The notes beneath the pieces were generated by a model, which made no database searches, had not been told where the DNA came from, and saw only the letters and a list, made by a program, of their open reading frames with translations. Both the position numbers and the translations under genes were made by a program. Positions 13,101 to 25,807 of a stretch of 64,000 nucleotides of DNA are shown in pieces (the first letter of the stretch is position 1; every line of letters starts with the position of its first letter). The stretch comes from Oculina patagonica (taxonomy: Eukaryota): contig NC_135767.1 of assembly GCF_052425735.1 (NCBI RefSeq), positions 18,786,001 through 18,850,000 of the forward strand. Reading direction: 5' to 3'.

Positions 13101-13988
13101 TTTTTAGTTAAGACAGATTTGTGGGCAAAGTTTAAAGAAAATAGATTTTTCTTTTTTTAGAATATAGCTTACTTTGAATCAATGGAAAATATTTTTGTCA
13201 TTCGCCGCTCCAAGTCGCTCGTGCGTGACGAACATCAGGGAGAGTTCAAGTGCTGTTATTTTTGGTATTTCTTCTATTGTAGGCAATCTTTAGGATAAAT
13301 ACTATTTTTCTAAAGTCTCAAACGTATAAAACTTCAAAGCTAATTTTACCGTGTTGTCTTTGCCCAAAAAATATACAAATTACTCTATTGCGTGTTTCGT
13401 GTCACGTGTTTCAGTTGTTCTTTTCAAAGCCGCGGAATTGTAATTTTGTCGACCTTTGATCGACCTTTGTTAAAAACTGCTACTAGATCCTACACTTTTG
13501 AAACCATAAACCTAAAAGTCAACGACTGGACTCTCTTTGGCTAAAATATCAGAAGATTTGAAGCACTACCGGTCAGCTTTTTTCCTCACTGAATTTGGAT
13601 TATTTTAGCCTTTTTCCTAAATGAGAAAAATGTGTCTACTTAATCGAGGCTCAGCTGGCTCAGAAATAATCAGAGATAAAAATACTAACTATATTTCAAT
13701 AAAGGAAGAGTCAATCTATGCAACTAAGGTAAGGAAAGGTTTACAGCGGTTGAAACGTCTGGGTAGTAAGAAGCTGAAAAGCGTGAAATTTCGGATTGTC
13801 GAGAAGTGAAATTTGAGCTTCCGGTACGATTACCGTTATTCGTGGTTTTCTGCCGTAAATTTGAATATTTCGAAAAACTAATTTCATATCTTTCAGTTAC
13901 ATACCTAGGCCCTCAAACTGACAAAGTATGAGTTTTTGGCTGTGGCCAAAATTTCTTTGATTTCTTTGATTTTTTCTGACCATGACAC
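10194..13988. mobile_element. 3.8-kb non-autonomous DNA transposon with ~0.9-kb terminal inverted repeats and TTAA target duplication
   Basis: ~10194-11112 mirrors ~13061-13988 almost exactly (ORFs 10364-10552 minus and 13621-13809 plus translate identically); TTAA at 10190-10193 and 13989-13992. Confidence 0.85.
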
Positions 13989-14789
13989 TTAAAGTTATTT
14001 CACCAACTGAAATAAACATAAATAAATTTAGCCGATAATAAGAGGTGCGGCACATCAGGCTGACAAAGAGAGGATAAATTTCTTTATTGTTATCACCTTT
14101 CAGGTTAATAATTTATGTATTTTCATTGTTAGGACAAATTCAAATATCGATCATTCTTTAGGAGGTAAACTGAAATGAATGACGATGTCAATGGCCTCAC
14201 AAAAACATTATAAGAATTTTGTCATTCATTCATTCATTCAGATAAAGAACAAACAAAACTGACTTTCTCTAATAATATGCGATGAAGAACACTATAGAGC
14301 TCAAGTTATCTTTTCATTTTTTAATGCAAACCTCGACCAACTGAAATCGTCACATTTAAAAATGTTTAAAAAGATAATAATAAAATTCATGCTAAGTAAA
14401 TATTTGAAATGGTATAAAATTTTACAGAGAAAAAAAAAGTCTTAATTCAAGACCTTCAACTTATGCCTAAACGTACTAGTGTTACTATTTATGAATAAAA
14501 TTTAACTGCAATTTAATTAATCGCAAGTTCTTTTATCTGAGTATTAAACGAAATGGGATATTTTAAGGGATTATACAATTTTTTCTCACCTTATGTCGGC
14601 TGAAGTCTCCATTAGGAACTGAGAAAGTTGGATTTTCAGCAGATTTCTCCTTGCTCAAGATCTTATATTTGCCTTAATGTTTGTTATGAGAAGTTACTTG
14701 TACACATCAAGACAGTATAATTCCTATATTGTCATCACCTCTCTTTTGTCAAAGTATAGATAGTATAAGGAGAAGTAGATTGTACAGTG

Positions 14790-14898
14790 ACTCCCCGAGG
14801 GGTACTCGGGATTTCAAGTGACGGGTTTGATCGAACGATTTTTTTGGGAATTTGTAATTCTCGACTCTGGGATGTTATTGGGTAGAAAAAATTTGGCA

Positions 14899-14934
<36 letters not shown>

Positions 14935-15180
14935 GGGGGGGGGGGGGTATTAAAAACAGTCTAAACATTCGTGGTAGTGCCTTGGATGTATAGTTCTGCA
15001 AATAAAGTACAAACAAACGTGTTTTGCTGTTGATTTTTGGGGGGTTAATTTTAGGTCTTTTAGGATTTTTTGGGGGTTTTGTGGGAAGCCCTAGGGACTT
15101 TTTGGGGTCTTAATTTTTGCACCCATTCGATCATCTTCATAACTTGAAATACTGAGTCCCCCCCCCCCCCCCCCCCTGGA
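14790..15180. mobile_element. MITE; a related copy lies in opposite orientation at ~8360-8610
   Basis: Ends GGGGTACTCGGGATTTCAAGTGAC / ACTTGAAATACTGAGTCCCC; shared internal sequence (spurious ORFs MFVLYLQN.. and MFVLYSQK..). Confidence 0.6.
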
Positions 15181-16719
15181 CTGTGACTACATATTTGAAG
15201 TAACTGAAGGAGTTGATAAACTTTACAGTTATTCTTTTTTAAAAGCAATTGGGTTAGAACATTTCCTTTTGCCGATCTTTATTTTAGTACTGTTTACGTT
15301 GTTAGAACTTTCTGGGCTGTTTCTAAGTAATAAAGTTCCATAACCTTGCTTACTGCTGAGAGAAATAATTATAAAAATAAATTAAAGGTGTGAAAATATC
15401 AAAGGATTTTAAGTAACAAATATCGACAATTAAAATTATCCTTTGCTAATACACCTTGCCATATAAATGATATTGTGGTACAGAAAACACATGCCCGCTG
15501 TTGCAAGAAGTAAAAATTGGCGCACCATCTTTAAACTGCATGTGAAGAATATGTATTTTGTTAAATATTACACTGTAATTAAAAGTCTCAAGTAATGAAG
15601 TTCTATACACTTGCTTACTGCTGAGAGATATAAATTAGAAGTGTAAATAGAAATGGATGTTTATTACAAACTAGGAAATGAAACTTTAAAAGGCGATGAT
15701 ATTTTCGTTAGGTCTTGTGGTTTGCTTCTTTTTGTTTTTGAAGATTAAGGGGCCCGCTCATTTTAAATTGAAAAATAATCTTAGAGAGGGCCGGATCGAA
15801 CACACACTGACGTAAAGTACACTGTTTTCGGCGCTGTAGTGTGCTATTGTTATTGCCTTTTCATAATCTTTTCCTAACCAATACAAATAAGTTTTTTAAA
15901 AGATTACATAAGCACCTCTGCAGAGCGTAACCTGATAGCAGTAGGGGGGATAGACTGCAATTGTCAATAAACCCATTGTGAACTGCAAGTCAAATATGGC
16001 TTTTCCCATGTTTGGTTCGAATTTGGTTTGTGCCTACGAAATTGTACCTGCGAGAGCACATCAGATGTGCTTGTCAAACTGCTAACAAAGTATATCAATC
16101 TCTGACCACAATTAACACTTTAAGCATTTAGTTGATCGACTGATTTATTATTTGAAGAAACACAATCCGGACTTGAGGCGAGATAAGGTGAGAGAAAAGT
16201 GTAGTATTCTTTTAAAAGTTCATTTAATAAAATTTAATACTTATAAACAGAACTTGCGATTAGTTAAACTGCAATTTCAATTTTTCGATAAGTAGTAACT
16301 TTGGAAATCACACTAGTAAAGCTTGACATAAGCTAAACGAAGTATTTAGCTTAAGATATTATCCCTCGGTAAAACATTAAGACAATTTCCATTTTTCTTC
16401 CTCGGCTGAACTTATTATACTTTTTTTCTTTTAAATGTTATGATTACAGTTATTCGCTCTTGGCTTGAAAATAACAAGTGATATGGTTTGGAATTTTTGG
16501 ATCAGCAATATATAAATTTAATTATTTTGTGAAAGATATCCCAATCTAAGCTCCATGATGTTTTTCATCGCTAATTAATGGGGAGAGTCATTTGTTTAAT
16601 TTGTCAGAATAAAACACATTGTCTAATCAAAGACAAAATAGATTTCATGTTTTTAATTTGCAAGACCAGTGAAAACCTCAGTTACTTCTAAAAAAATAAA
16701 CGTTATTTCTTAGAGTAAT

Positions 16720-16993
16720 AAAGACCGATACACACGAAGAGTTTCGCTCGCGGGCTATGCCCCAGGGGCATGCTGCTGGAGCAAAGCTTCTCCGTGTGTA
16801 CTTACGATTTCATGGGTATTATTCATCCTTGCTAGCAGAATTTCCACCCCGAAAAATGCTCCATTATTTTATACCGGTTAAGTATTTGGGAGCAAGATCC
16901 CAGGGCAAGTTGAGACTTGAAAATTCTCCCTCGTGTGTACTGTACGAGGGGATTTGCTCCAAGAGAAAGACGTCTCGTGTGTGCCGACTTTAA
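16720..16993. mobile_element. MITE
   Basis: TAAAGACCGATACACACGA / TCGTGTGTGCCGACTTTA imperfect TIRs. Confidence 0.55.
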
Positions 16994-17197
16994 CAATAGA
17001 TTATTTGCTGTACTGATCCGATTTCTGTCAAAATAAAGAACTGTTTAAATACACTTTGCACAATTAGATCGCATTTTTATGGTTGAATTTACGTCAATCG
17101 TACAGCTCGTACGTCTAATTAAACTGAATATCAAAATATCTTAAACGGTGTATTTTTCATGCAAGTATTCTTGCTAAGGGGACTTGTTCAATAAATG

Positions 17198-17470
17198 ACT
17201 GTTTTCACACAAGAAGACGGACAAATCGTCCAGACGGACAATTCGTCTGACGATTTTTTTCGTCTAGTGTGAATTTAAGACGGCTTTTAGACGACTTGTC
17301 CGTCTAGATGACCAAGTCGTCCTCCGAAAATCGTCTTCCTAGACGGCCAAATCGACGGACAAATTTAGTCGACTTGTTCATCTAAAATCGTTTCCGTCAC
17401 GTTTTCATATATACTTAGTCGATTTGTCCGTTTCACACAATTTGTCCGTGACTAGTGTGAAAACGGCAGT
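17198..17470. mobile_element. TIR element with internal GACGGACAAAT repeats
   Basis: ACTGTTTTCACAC.AG..GACGGACAAAT / ATTTGTCCGTGACTAGTGTGAAAACGGCAGT. Confidence 0.55.
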
Positions 17471-17601
17471 ACGTCTAATTGTGTATTTTTTGAGTTTGGG
17501 CAAAGTTAATACTGCGATCGATCTGAAATCCGTGAATGCGTTGTTATTTAAAGTACACGTTACACGGTCTTTCTAACACATTTGTACCGATTTTTCAACA
17601 G

Positions 17602-19337
17602 ATGTTGACCATTGCAGCCTTTTTAGTTTTTCAAACAATCATCACAAGAGCAGAAGTACAGGAAACTTTCTTCAACACCGAGAAAAACTATGTTCTTTCC
17701 GATGAAACTCCTATTTCTGTGAAAAGAGCAGATTCACAAATTTCCTGTTCGCAGCTCTGTACCAAAGACAATCGTTGTAAAAGTGCTAATTTCATCAAAT
17801 CTCAAAGGACGTGTTCTCTACTGGACAAAACACGGAAAACCCATCCTCAGCGCTTTCTGAAACAAACTAACGTGATTCACTTGGAAAAGGTATTTTTTTT
17901 TAGTAATATATTTGTTAAGGGGGTCCACTGTTTCCTTATAAAGGTTTTGTGTATAAAGGGATTAAGAACATTGACAAGCCAAGACAGAAGGAGTTTAGAC
18001 TGCGTTTGGAAGTGTCAGATTCACTTTATACCATAAGAGGAAGAAAACATATTTTTTTTGTCGTCACTTTTACGTGGTATTTTTAATTTGGGTGGTCTTG
18101 TCACATTATTGTCTTCTCTTTTTTAATAAATATTTTTCTTGAGTTATGTAAGTAGACAAGAGAAAAATGTGAATCATTTGCAAACGGTTGTTACAGTTGT
18201 AAATTTCTTTTTGTCTTTTCGCAGGTGAATCTAAAACCAGGTAGGTCTTGTTTTTCTTATTTGAAAAATTTGTTACTGAAACTTTTGCTCATTCAAATAC
18301 TTCACAGCAATGCGAACAAATGTTATTAAAACTTAAATGGCTTTCAGTTCCCTTAAAAATGTTCCTTAGTAAAATATACAGCTTTTGAGAAACGTAACTT
18401 AGTGTGGACAAATTAAATATCCTCAATGTTATGAAGCAATTGAAAACAAAATTTAGCAACGTTCACAATTCAAAATTCTGTTTTGGTTTATATAATGGGA
18501 ATTTCAGAGAAGGAAAACTGAAATGAGTCATATCATATTGCAAGTCAAATGGAATATACAGTACGGAAGTTTGCAGCACTTAGTACTTTTATCTATGTTA
18601 AATGTTCAAAGCCGAAACTAAAAGCCTTTTGTTTAATTTACATTCATCATTTCCATACAATTTCTTGCTTCTGTCACGTAGGCTCAACACAAAATGTGGC
18701 TGTTCCTTCATGTAAGGCCCTGTCCTCAGCTTTCTTTCCCAGTGGTGTATATTGGATCGATCCAGATGGCGGATCCCATGACAACGCGTTCAAGGTTTAC
18801 TGTGAGATGGAAACTGATGGAGGAGGCTGGACTCTAGTGTGGAGTTACACGTTTACTGACTACGAACATTTTTTGACTATCGCAAATGCAGTTACCCCGA
18901 GACCTAGCTGGCCAGCCACCTCAAGCGTTGATGTTCCGGTCTCTACTACCTCACCACTGAATGAGACCGACTACAACGCCATGGAATTTTCGCTGTGGAA
19001 GCACTTTGGAGAGGAGATCCTTGTCAAAAGCAACATCAACAATTGGTTGGTTTGTTCACCAGGCACAGGAAGTTTTGTGGAATGGCGAAATGGGAAAGTC
19101 AATTGTAAGATTGTCAAGCGCGTGACTGACACGTGTTCAGAAGTGCCACCACCTTCAAATTTCAGAGGTGCATTATACTGTGGGCCATCATTCTTTGGAG
19201 AAGTGAGTGGAACAAAATATTATCACTTCGTAGCTTGCACAGGACAGGCAATGCCAACACATGACCCCTGTGGCCAAGGCCAGGACAATGGCTTGAAAAA
19301 TATCGAAAATCCTCACGGGAATATTTTTATTCGCTAA
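17602..19337 (+). CDS. Gene 3: secreted PAN/Apple + fibrinogen-related-like protein; exons 17602-17889, 18225-18240, 18682-19337
   Basis: CAG|ATG start, AAG|GT donor, microexon VNLKPG, cacgtag| acceptor, intact ORF to TAA; inverted paralog of gene 2. Confidence 0.88.
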
Positions 19338-20176
19338 GATCCACCACTCAGCTCAAGAACAGACAAGAACTTTGTCGAACCGTGAAATGAAAAGTAAAGG
19401 ATGTCTTTTCCATGCACAGCAATGTAATTTTCTTTGTCGATCTAGATTAGCTGTTTTGAGGTGTTTGCAAATTGTAATCAGTTTTGCAGGCAAGAAGTTT
19501 CTGGTTTTAATGTCAACAGAATGTTTGGGATTTATTTGGTAACATTCTATTTAGTAATGTGTTGGATGAACACACTTAGCATCTCCCCAAAACCACCATA
19601 AAATGTAGAAAAATTTGGAAACACCCCATATTCGTTTAAGAGCATGTAGACCTTGTTTATACCACATAATTCCGTAATAATTTCCTTGCAAGCACTGGCA
19701 AGGTACACACTTTCAGTAATAATTAGCTTAGATATATAATAATGTAAATAGTGTCCACAATTAGTTTTTTTAAGCTAAATACTTCAGACACTTTAATAAA
19801 GTATTTCATTCAATTTATTTTTTGAAACATAGGAATTGATCTGTTTTCGTTTTACAAAAAACCTTAATCGCTACACTCAAAATATGGGAAAAAATTGATA
19901 CGTAGCCATACTCGTTAACAAGAAAATACGTTTAATTTTTCTCGCGGACTCAGCCGCATAGAAAAAGCCGCCATTTTGTTGATGTGCGCGCGCTAAGTAC
20001 GCGTAAAAATTCTTCGCAGGAAGGATGCGCAATGCGAAACAGGGCGATGACCTTAATGTTAATGTTAGTTCTGGGTAGTTGGTGGTATATCAAAACTTTA
20101 TCGTTTCTCTATTCTCATCACCTGCCTTCTTGACGATGTACTGTTATTGTAAGGAGAATGTAGATATCTATAATTG

Positions 20177-20414
20177 TTAATCCTATTTAGACCGGGCGTT
20201 TTTGGACCTTCTCAGACCGGGGAGGGGGCTTCGGAAGCCCCCCATGTAACTTTCAGAATATTTAAGCAATCACCATGAAACTTATAGGATGTATTGTATG
20301 TCCGAAACTCTTTTTTTTTTGGTATACGTCCGTGGGATAGTGACGTCACATCACGTGACAATTACATCATGGGGGGCCTCAAAAGCCCCCCCCCCCCCGG
20401 TCTGAACAGGATTA
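20177..20414. mobile_element. TTAA-flanked piggyBac-like MITE; related partial copy at ~35877-36360
   Basis: TTAATCCTATTTAGACCGGG / CCGGTCTGAACAGGATTAA; both copies share GTGACGTCACATCA.GTGACAATTACATCAT. Confidence 0.6.
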
Positions 20415-21419
20415 ATATTAATGGAGGAGTTACTAAGCTTTTCACTTGTACTAACAAATAACAAAAACTTAAAACGAGCAATGTAGTGAGCATGTTTCTT
20501 TTCCTCTATCTTCACTTTGAGTACCTTTTAATACCCTGACTCCACTTCAACTGGCATGATTGGCCTACCTTAGTAGAGCTACAAAACAAAAAAAATTAAA
20601 CTAAATCCAAAATATCCTAAGCATAAAGAGCAAAAATTCATAATATGCTGCTATCCTTAGACATTACGTCATCGAAATCCTAATCAAATACAAAATAGCT
20701 ATAGTAAACAACAAACTATAAAAGATGCGAAGAAATTTCCTATCCAGCAAATTTGAATTATTTTTTAAGTTCTCTGAAAAAAAAACCTTCATAATGTTAA
20801 TATTTTTTTCATTTTATCACATGTTTGGTGTATTATATCGTGTAAGTAATAATAACGAACTAGTTATCCATTGTAAATATTATATGTACTCGAGTAACAA
20901 GTGTAAATAACTATTGTATTAGTCTTTGTGTATATTGTAAGTATTTTATGTGTATTTAATACAATAAAAATACAGAGGAAAAAATGTTTTAGCTGATAGC
21001 ATACCCGAGTGAGTGGAATTAAACTTGTTAAAGACGCTTTTTTTATTTGAAATTACCTTTAAAACCTCACCTTAACACCAGGAAGAAGAACGAATCCCAG
21101 GCGCATTTGAAGTGTTTATTATTGCTTGGTAATTGAAAAGAATGTGGATATCCTAACTATTTTTAATCATGACACTCTAGATAACGGGATCTCTAGAACG
21201 TCCAATCAATTCCGATCAAAATTATGAATTTCTCAGTCATTCATAAAATACGTCAAAATAATTCAGATTAAAGTTCACAAACCTCAAAAATGCTTTCAAA
21301 TTATTCTATGTTGTTCAATGTCAGTTTAATAATTCATGATGCATGTTTGTTACAATTTATCTTGTTTGTTACAATATAACTAAAGCTTATTGAAACATAA
21401 AAAAAACCTGTACATTTCA

Positions 21420-21659
21420 AACCGTTTCAGTCATCACTAATTGAAACAAGAGTTGTATTATCAGCGGCAGATCCGCAGTGAGCTTATATTATGAAAAAGT
21501 ACTTATCTTCACAAAACAAAGTTGTTTGTCATAACAACTTCAAACATTTAGTATCAAATTTTAATGCCTCGTTAATTATTTAGCCGAAAAGGGATTTGTT
21601 AGAAAGTTCAATAGAAGCACTTCGTCAGAAGACTTTATAGATAGGATGAGGCTTTGAAA
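21420..21659 (+). promoter_or_regulatory. Conserved putative promoter/5' UTR block of gene 4, repeated before genes 5-8 (~29560, ~34115, ~40125, ~46000)
   Basis: ACCGTG.CAGTCAT.ACTAA ... GCAGT ... TATATTATGAAAAAGT ... AGAAACACTTCGTCAGAA precedes each MT.Q.E exon. Function is inferred from position and conservation only. Confidence 0.45.
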
Positions 21660-24600
21660 ATGACGCAACAAATAGAGGTATGAATTGTTTTCTGTAATGT
21701 AAAGACAAGCAAAGATTTTATTAAGCGCTTTATTTCGAAACAGAACAGTCAAACCATTGTTTAACCTAAACAGTACAAAAAAAAAACATTTAGTTTTGAA
21801 TTTTATTTTATTTTTAGTTACAAAAACATTGCAATAATACGTACAAGAAAATGGTAACAATGCTATATACAAAACGAATTACAACATTTAACGAAACCCT
21901 TCGCAACGTAACGTAACTAATTCAAGTGAAAATTGGTGAAACAAAAAGCCAGTACCTTTGAAGTAGGCATTAACAGATTTAGGTTTACATACTACATTAA
22001 GGAAAGGGGGCATTTAAAAAGGATCTTGAGCGAATTCAGTTGAAATTAGAGCTAGCAGAAGCTTCTATTCCGTATGATGGTAACTGAGATTGTTTCTCTC
22101 TCTCAACGATTTTTCTTGCTTATAAATATAACGGAGAACTTAAAATTAGTAAAATTTAATTTAGCTAATGGTAATTTTCACAAACATACAAACAGTAAGC
22201 ATACTTATTTCATGTAATATCTCGATTCCGGATATTTGAGTTTTATTAAGTGACAATAGTAGTTTCGACATTAATAATTTTCTATGGCAATGACTTCCTT
22301 GTAGCTAGGTATATTGCCACATAGATTCAGTACGACAGATTGTCTTAGAACCGTAGCAAGCTAAACAGTTGGTATTTGTTAAACCTTGTATTTTCATGGT
22401 ACTGAAGGACTAAGTAGGACTCAAAGGCGGCAATCGTGTTCTAACCTATATCTTAGAATGAACGAAATCGCATCGGCAACAGTAACAATTCTAATAAAAT
22501 CCATGTCCAGTAATATGTGTATCGCATATCTAAAACAATAAAAAATCTTAAACAAGTTATCCCGCAGATCAATTTTAATTTTCTGAATCGTTGTTGCTGT
22601 TTACGATCAGCACATTTATTGTCATTGAACATTACGTACGTGTTGTTTTCGAATTCTGTTTTCCAAGCTGTTAACATTATTACGTAATAATTCAACAATG
22701 GAAAACAAACCAAAGAAAGTCAAGCAGCCACAATTTTCTACTTCTCTTTCTTACTATCCTTCTTAATTAGAGTCTTATTAACAATTTCTCATTTCATCGG
22801 AACACCAAACACAAAAATTAACCGAGAATGAAGAAAGAAGTTCTAAAATACTACCACTTACAGTAAATACACATTGGTGTCTTAATCTTTTGTGTGTGGA
22901 AATTAAATGAAACACTCCCCTTTCGTGTTGATGTATTACAGCAAGGATATAAATTGTATTTAAGTTACGCATAATAGTACATTTTTACTGAAAACTCTAC
23001 TTAAAGGGGCAATTTTTAAGTCATTTTTCTGATTACTTTTAAATTGAAGGAAACCTCAAAATAATAGTTTTGTAACATAAAAAAACCAACAAAGGAGTAA
23101 TACAAACGCAAAAATAACAAAGGATCCTGTCGGGTAATGAAGATTAAGACGAATTACGAATGACAATCTTGAAAAAATTTCATGATTGAACATAAAAATG
23201 TTACTCTGCTTTATAAAATGTTGAAAATGTTCGTAAAATTTCGTTTTATTCCCAAGAAAATGTGAAAAAAAAATGTCAAATTTTTAAAGATGTGTTGTCC
23301 GCGACATAGCTCCTTAAAAAGAACGATATCTTATTCTGATTCGTGTTATTAGACTTTAAGGAGGCTCGATGAAGTCTTTTTTAGCCGAAGGGTGGTTGTT
23401 TTGAAAATTAAAATTATCTAGGAAGCCAATGTTCGATTTTTGCCAAAATACACCATAATGATCAAATATGACCAAATTTTAATTTTTTACTCGTCACTTT
23501 GTCACAAAGGTTACCATAGCAACCATTGACGTTTTCTTTTGTTCTCAAACAAGCTTGGTTTTCTCGAAATCTAGACTGACACTTGGTATTCATTTTTTGA
23601 TATGTTCAAGTACAGTAGATTTACTACCTGTGCTCAAAATTTTAGGAAAATCTGTAAGAGCGTTTTAGAGTAAATCAAGAATGAAGTTTTTGGTATTTTC
23701 TTATAATTTCTTACAATCGGCAGTCGATATATTTTAACAAATTAAAGCAAAAAGTCTTTCGCTTTTAGTTAATGGTCTTTGATGGTGTAAGTATTTATAT
23801 TTCAGTGAGAGAGACTGTGCTCAAATAATACGAAACAATTTTAAGGCGCCTATTTTATATTAAAACGGTGTTTTTCTGAAAATTTCATTCTTGATTTACT
23901 TGAAAACGCTCTTACAGATTTTTCTAAAATTTCGTCAACAGTTAGTTAATCTACTAAACTTTAACATATCAAAATATAAACGCCAAGTGTCAGTCTAGAT
24001 TTCGAGAATTGAAAATCAAGCTTGTTTGAGAACAAAAGAAAACGTCAATCGTTGCTATGGTAACCGTTGTGGCTAAGTGACAAATTAAAATTTGGTCACA
24101 TTTGATCATTATGGTGTATTTTGGCAAAAATCGAACATTGGCTTCCTAGGTAATTTTAATTTTCAAAACAACCACCCTTAGTCTAAAAAAAACTACATCG
24201 AGCCTCCTTAAATCTGACAATTTTTGGTGACCTAACACATTCCCTATTTTTTTCAGGTGCTGACAGTTGCAGCGTTTTTCCTTCTTCAAACAACAAACAC
24301 AAAAGCTGAAGAACGCCGACAAGCTGTGTTCGACACAAAGAACAGCTCTGTTCTTTTTGATGAAACTCCTATCTCTGAAATAAGATCAGATTCACTAATG
24401 TCCTGTTCACAGCGATGTGCCAGAGACAAACGTTGCAAGAGTGCTAATTTTAAACTAGACGAGAAGACGTGTTCTCTACTGGACAAAACGAAGAATACTC
24501 ATCCCCGGCTCTTTGGGAAACAAGTCAATGCAATTCACCTGGAAAAGGTACAGTAAGAACTCACAAGTAAGAAACTGTGAGAAAAGAGTGCGAAAATCCA

Positions 24601-25807
24601 TTCGAGTGGTAAAAATAATATTTTACAAATGAGCGCAGTGAATCAGTAAAATACTGTTTTAAACAGGGTATAAATTCGGAAGTGGCAGATTGACTTCTTA
24701 CAGGTAAAATATCAGCATACGATAAACCTATAATGGTTATTATCTTCTAATTTGATAAATATTCATTGTTTATCTCAATAATATAAACTTCTTATCTTTT
24801 CGCAGATCAATTCGGACCTTGGTAAGCTGAGCCAAAACTTATTTATCACTTTCTCTATGTTAAGATCTATATTTCGTAGGAACTGTACTTATAATTTAAG
24901 GCGGTTGTGAACTCGAACCCTTTCTTTCCCTTTAAACTCAACAATCGATAGTCTATGCCCTTAAAATATTTTTAATTGTAATTTGTTTAGATTTGATTGG
25001 CTAGTCATGTCACCAGGTTTCAACTATACTGTACAAAACAACTCTCTTGCACTTATTAGAGCAATAACAAATAATTCTTTATCAATATCTGTTTAAAAAC
25101 TCTTGTAATTTTCCATTCACCATTTAATTACAGCTCCTTGCTTCTGTCACGTAGGTTCAACACCAGAGATGGCTGTTCCCTCGTGCAAGGCGCTTCCCGG
25201 AGCTCTCCATCTCAGTGGTGTGTATTGGGTTGATCCAGACGGTGGATCCCATGCCAACGCGTTCAAGGTTTACTGTGAGACGGATACTGATGGAGGAGGC
25301 TGGACTCTAGTGTGGAGTTACACGTTCACTGACTACCAACATTTTTGGACTTCCAACAACGCAGTTACTCCGAGACCTAACTGGCCAGTATGGTCTGCAG
25401 ATGTCCCGATCTCTACTACCCCACCAGCGAATGAAACCGACTACAACGCCATAGAATTTCCGTTGTGGCGGCAATTTGGAAAGGAGTTTCTCATCAAAAG
25501 CAACATCAACAATTGGCTGGTTTGTTCACCGGACACAGGAAGTTTGGTTGAATGGCAGGATGGAGACGTCATTTGTAAGATCGTCAAGCGTGTGACTGAC
25601 ACGTGTTCAGATGGGCCGCCGATTTCATATTTGACAACCAATAATTGCGGACCAAACTTTAAGCGTCGAAACGGGGCAAATTCAGGTTATTATCATTTTG
25701 ACGGTTGCACAGGAAATCGCATACCCACACATGATCCTTGTGGACAGTACAGTGACAATGGTCTGAAGGATGTGGATAATCCTCATGGGAACATTTTCAT
25801 TCGCTAA
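21660..25807 (+). CDS. Gene 4: secreted PAN/Apple + fibrinogen-related-like protein; exons 21660-21677 (MTQQIE), 24257-24547, 24806-24821, 25155-25807
   Basis: The PAN exon begins with GTG after an acceptor, so it needs an upstream ATG; the conserved ATG..GAG|GTATG mini-exon supplies it in phase 0. Microexon INSDLG; intact C-terminal exon. Confidence 0.85.
23360..24207. mobile_element. Foldback element with ~330-bp TIRs and TTAA target duplication (Kolobok-like termini)
   Basis: TTAA|GGAGGCTCGATG ... CATCGAGCCTCC|TTAA; empty site in the paralogous intron of gene 5 (~31130-31150). Confidence 0.8.

Noticed and set aside
10364-13809. Duplicated 62-aa ORF MRKMCLLNRG...
   Set aside because: Lies within the TIRs; no recognisable motif.
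18549-18681. N-terminal extensions of the ORF-track C-terminal ORFs (also 43217-43298 and 49758-49908) and C-terminal tails of the PAN ORFs
   Set aside because: Intronic read-through past conserved splice sites; not conserved as protein.
21585-21600. NF-kB site in the conserved upstream block (AAAAGGGATTTGT)
   Set aside because: Lacks the 3' CC of GGGRNNYYCC; too weak to call.
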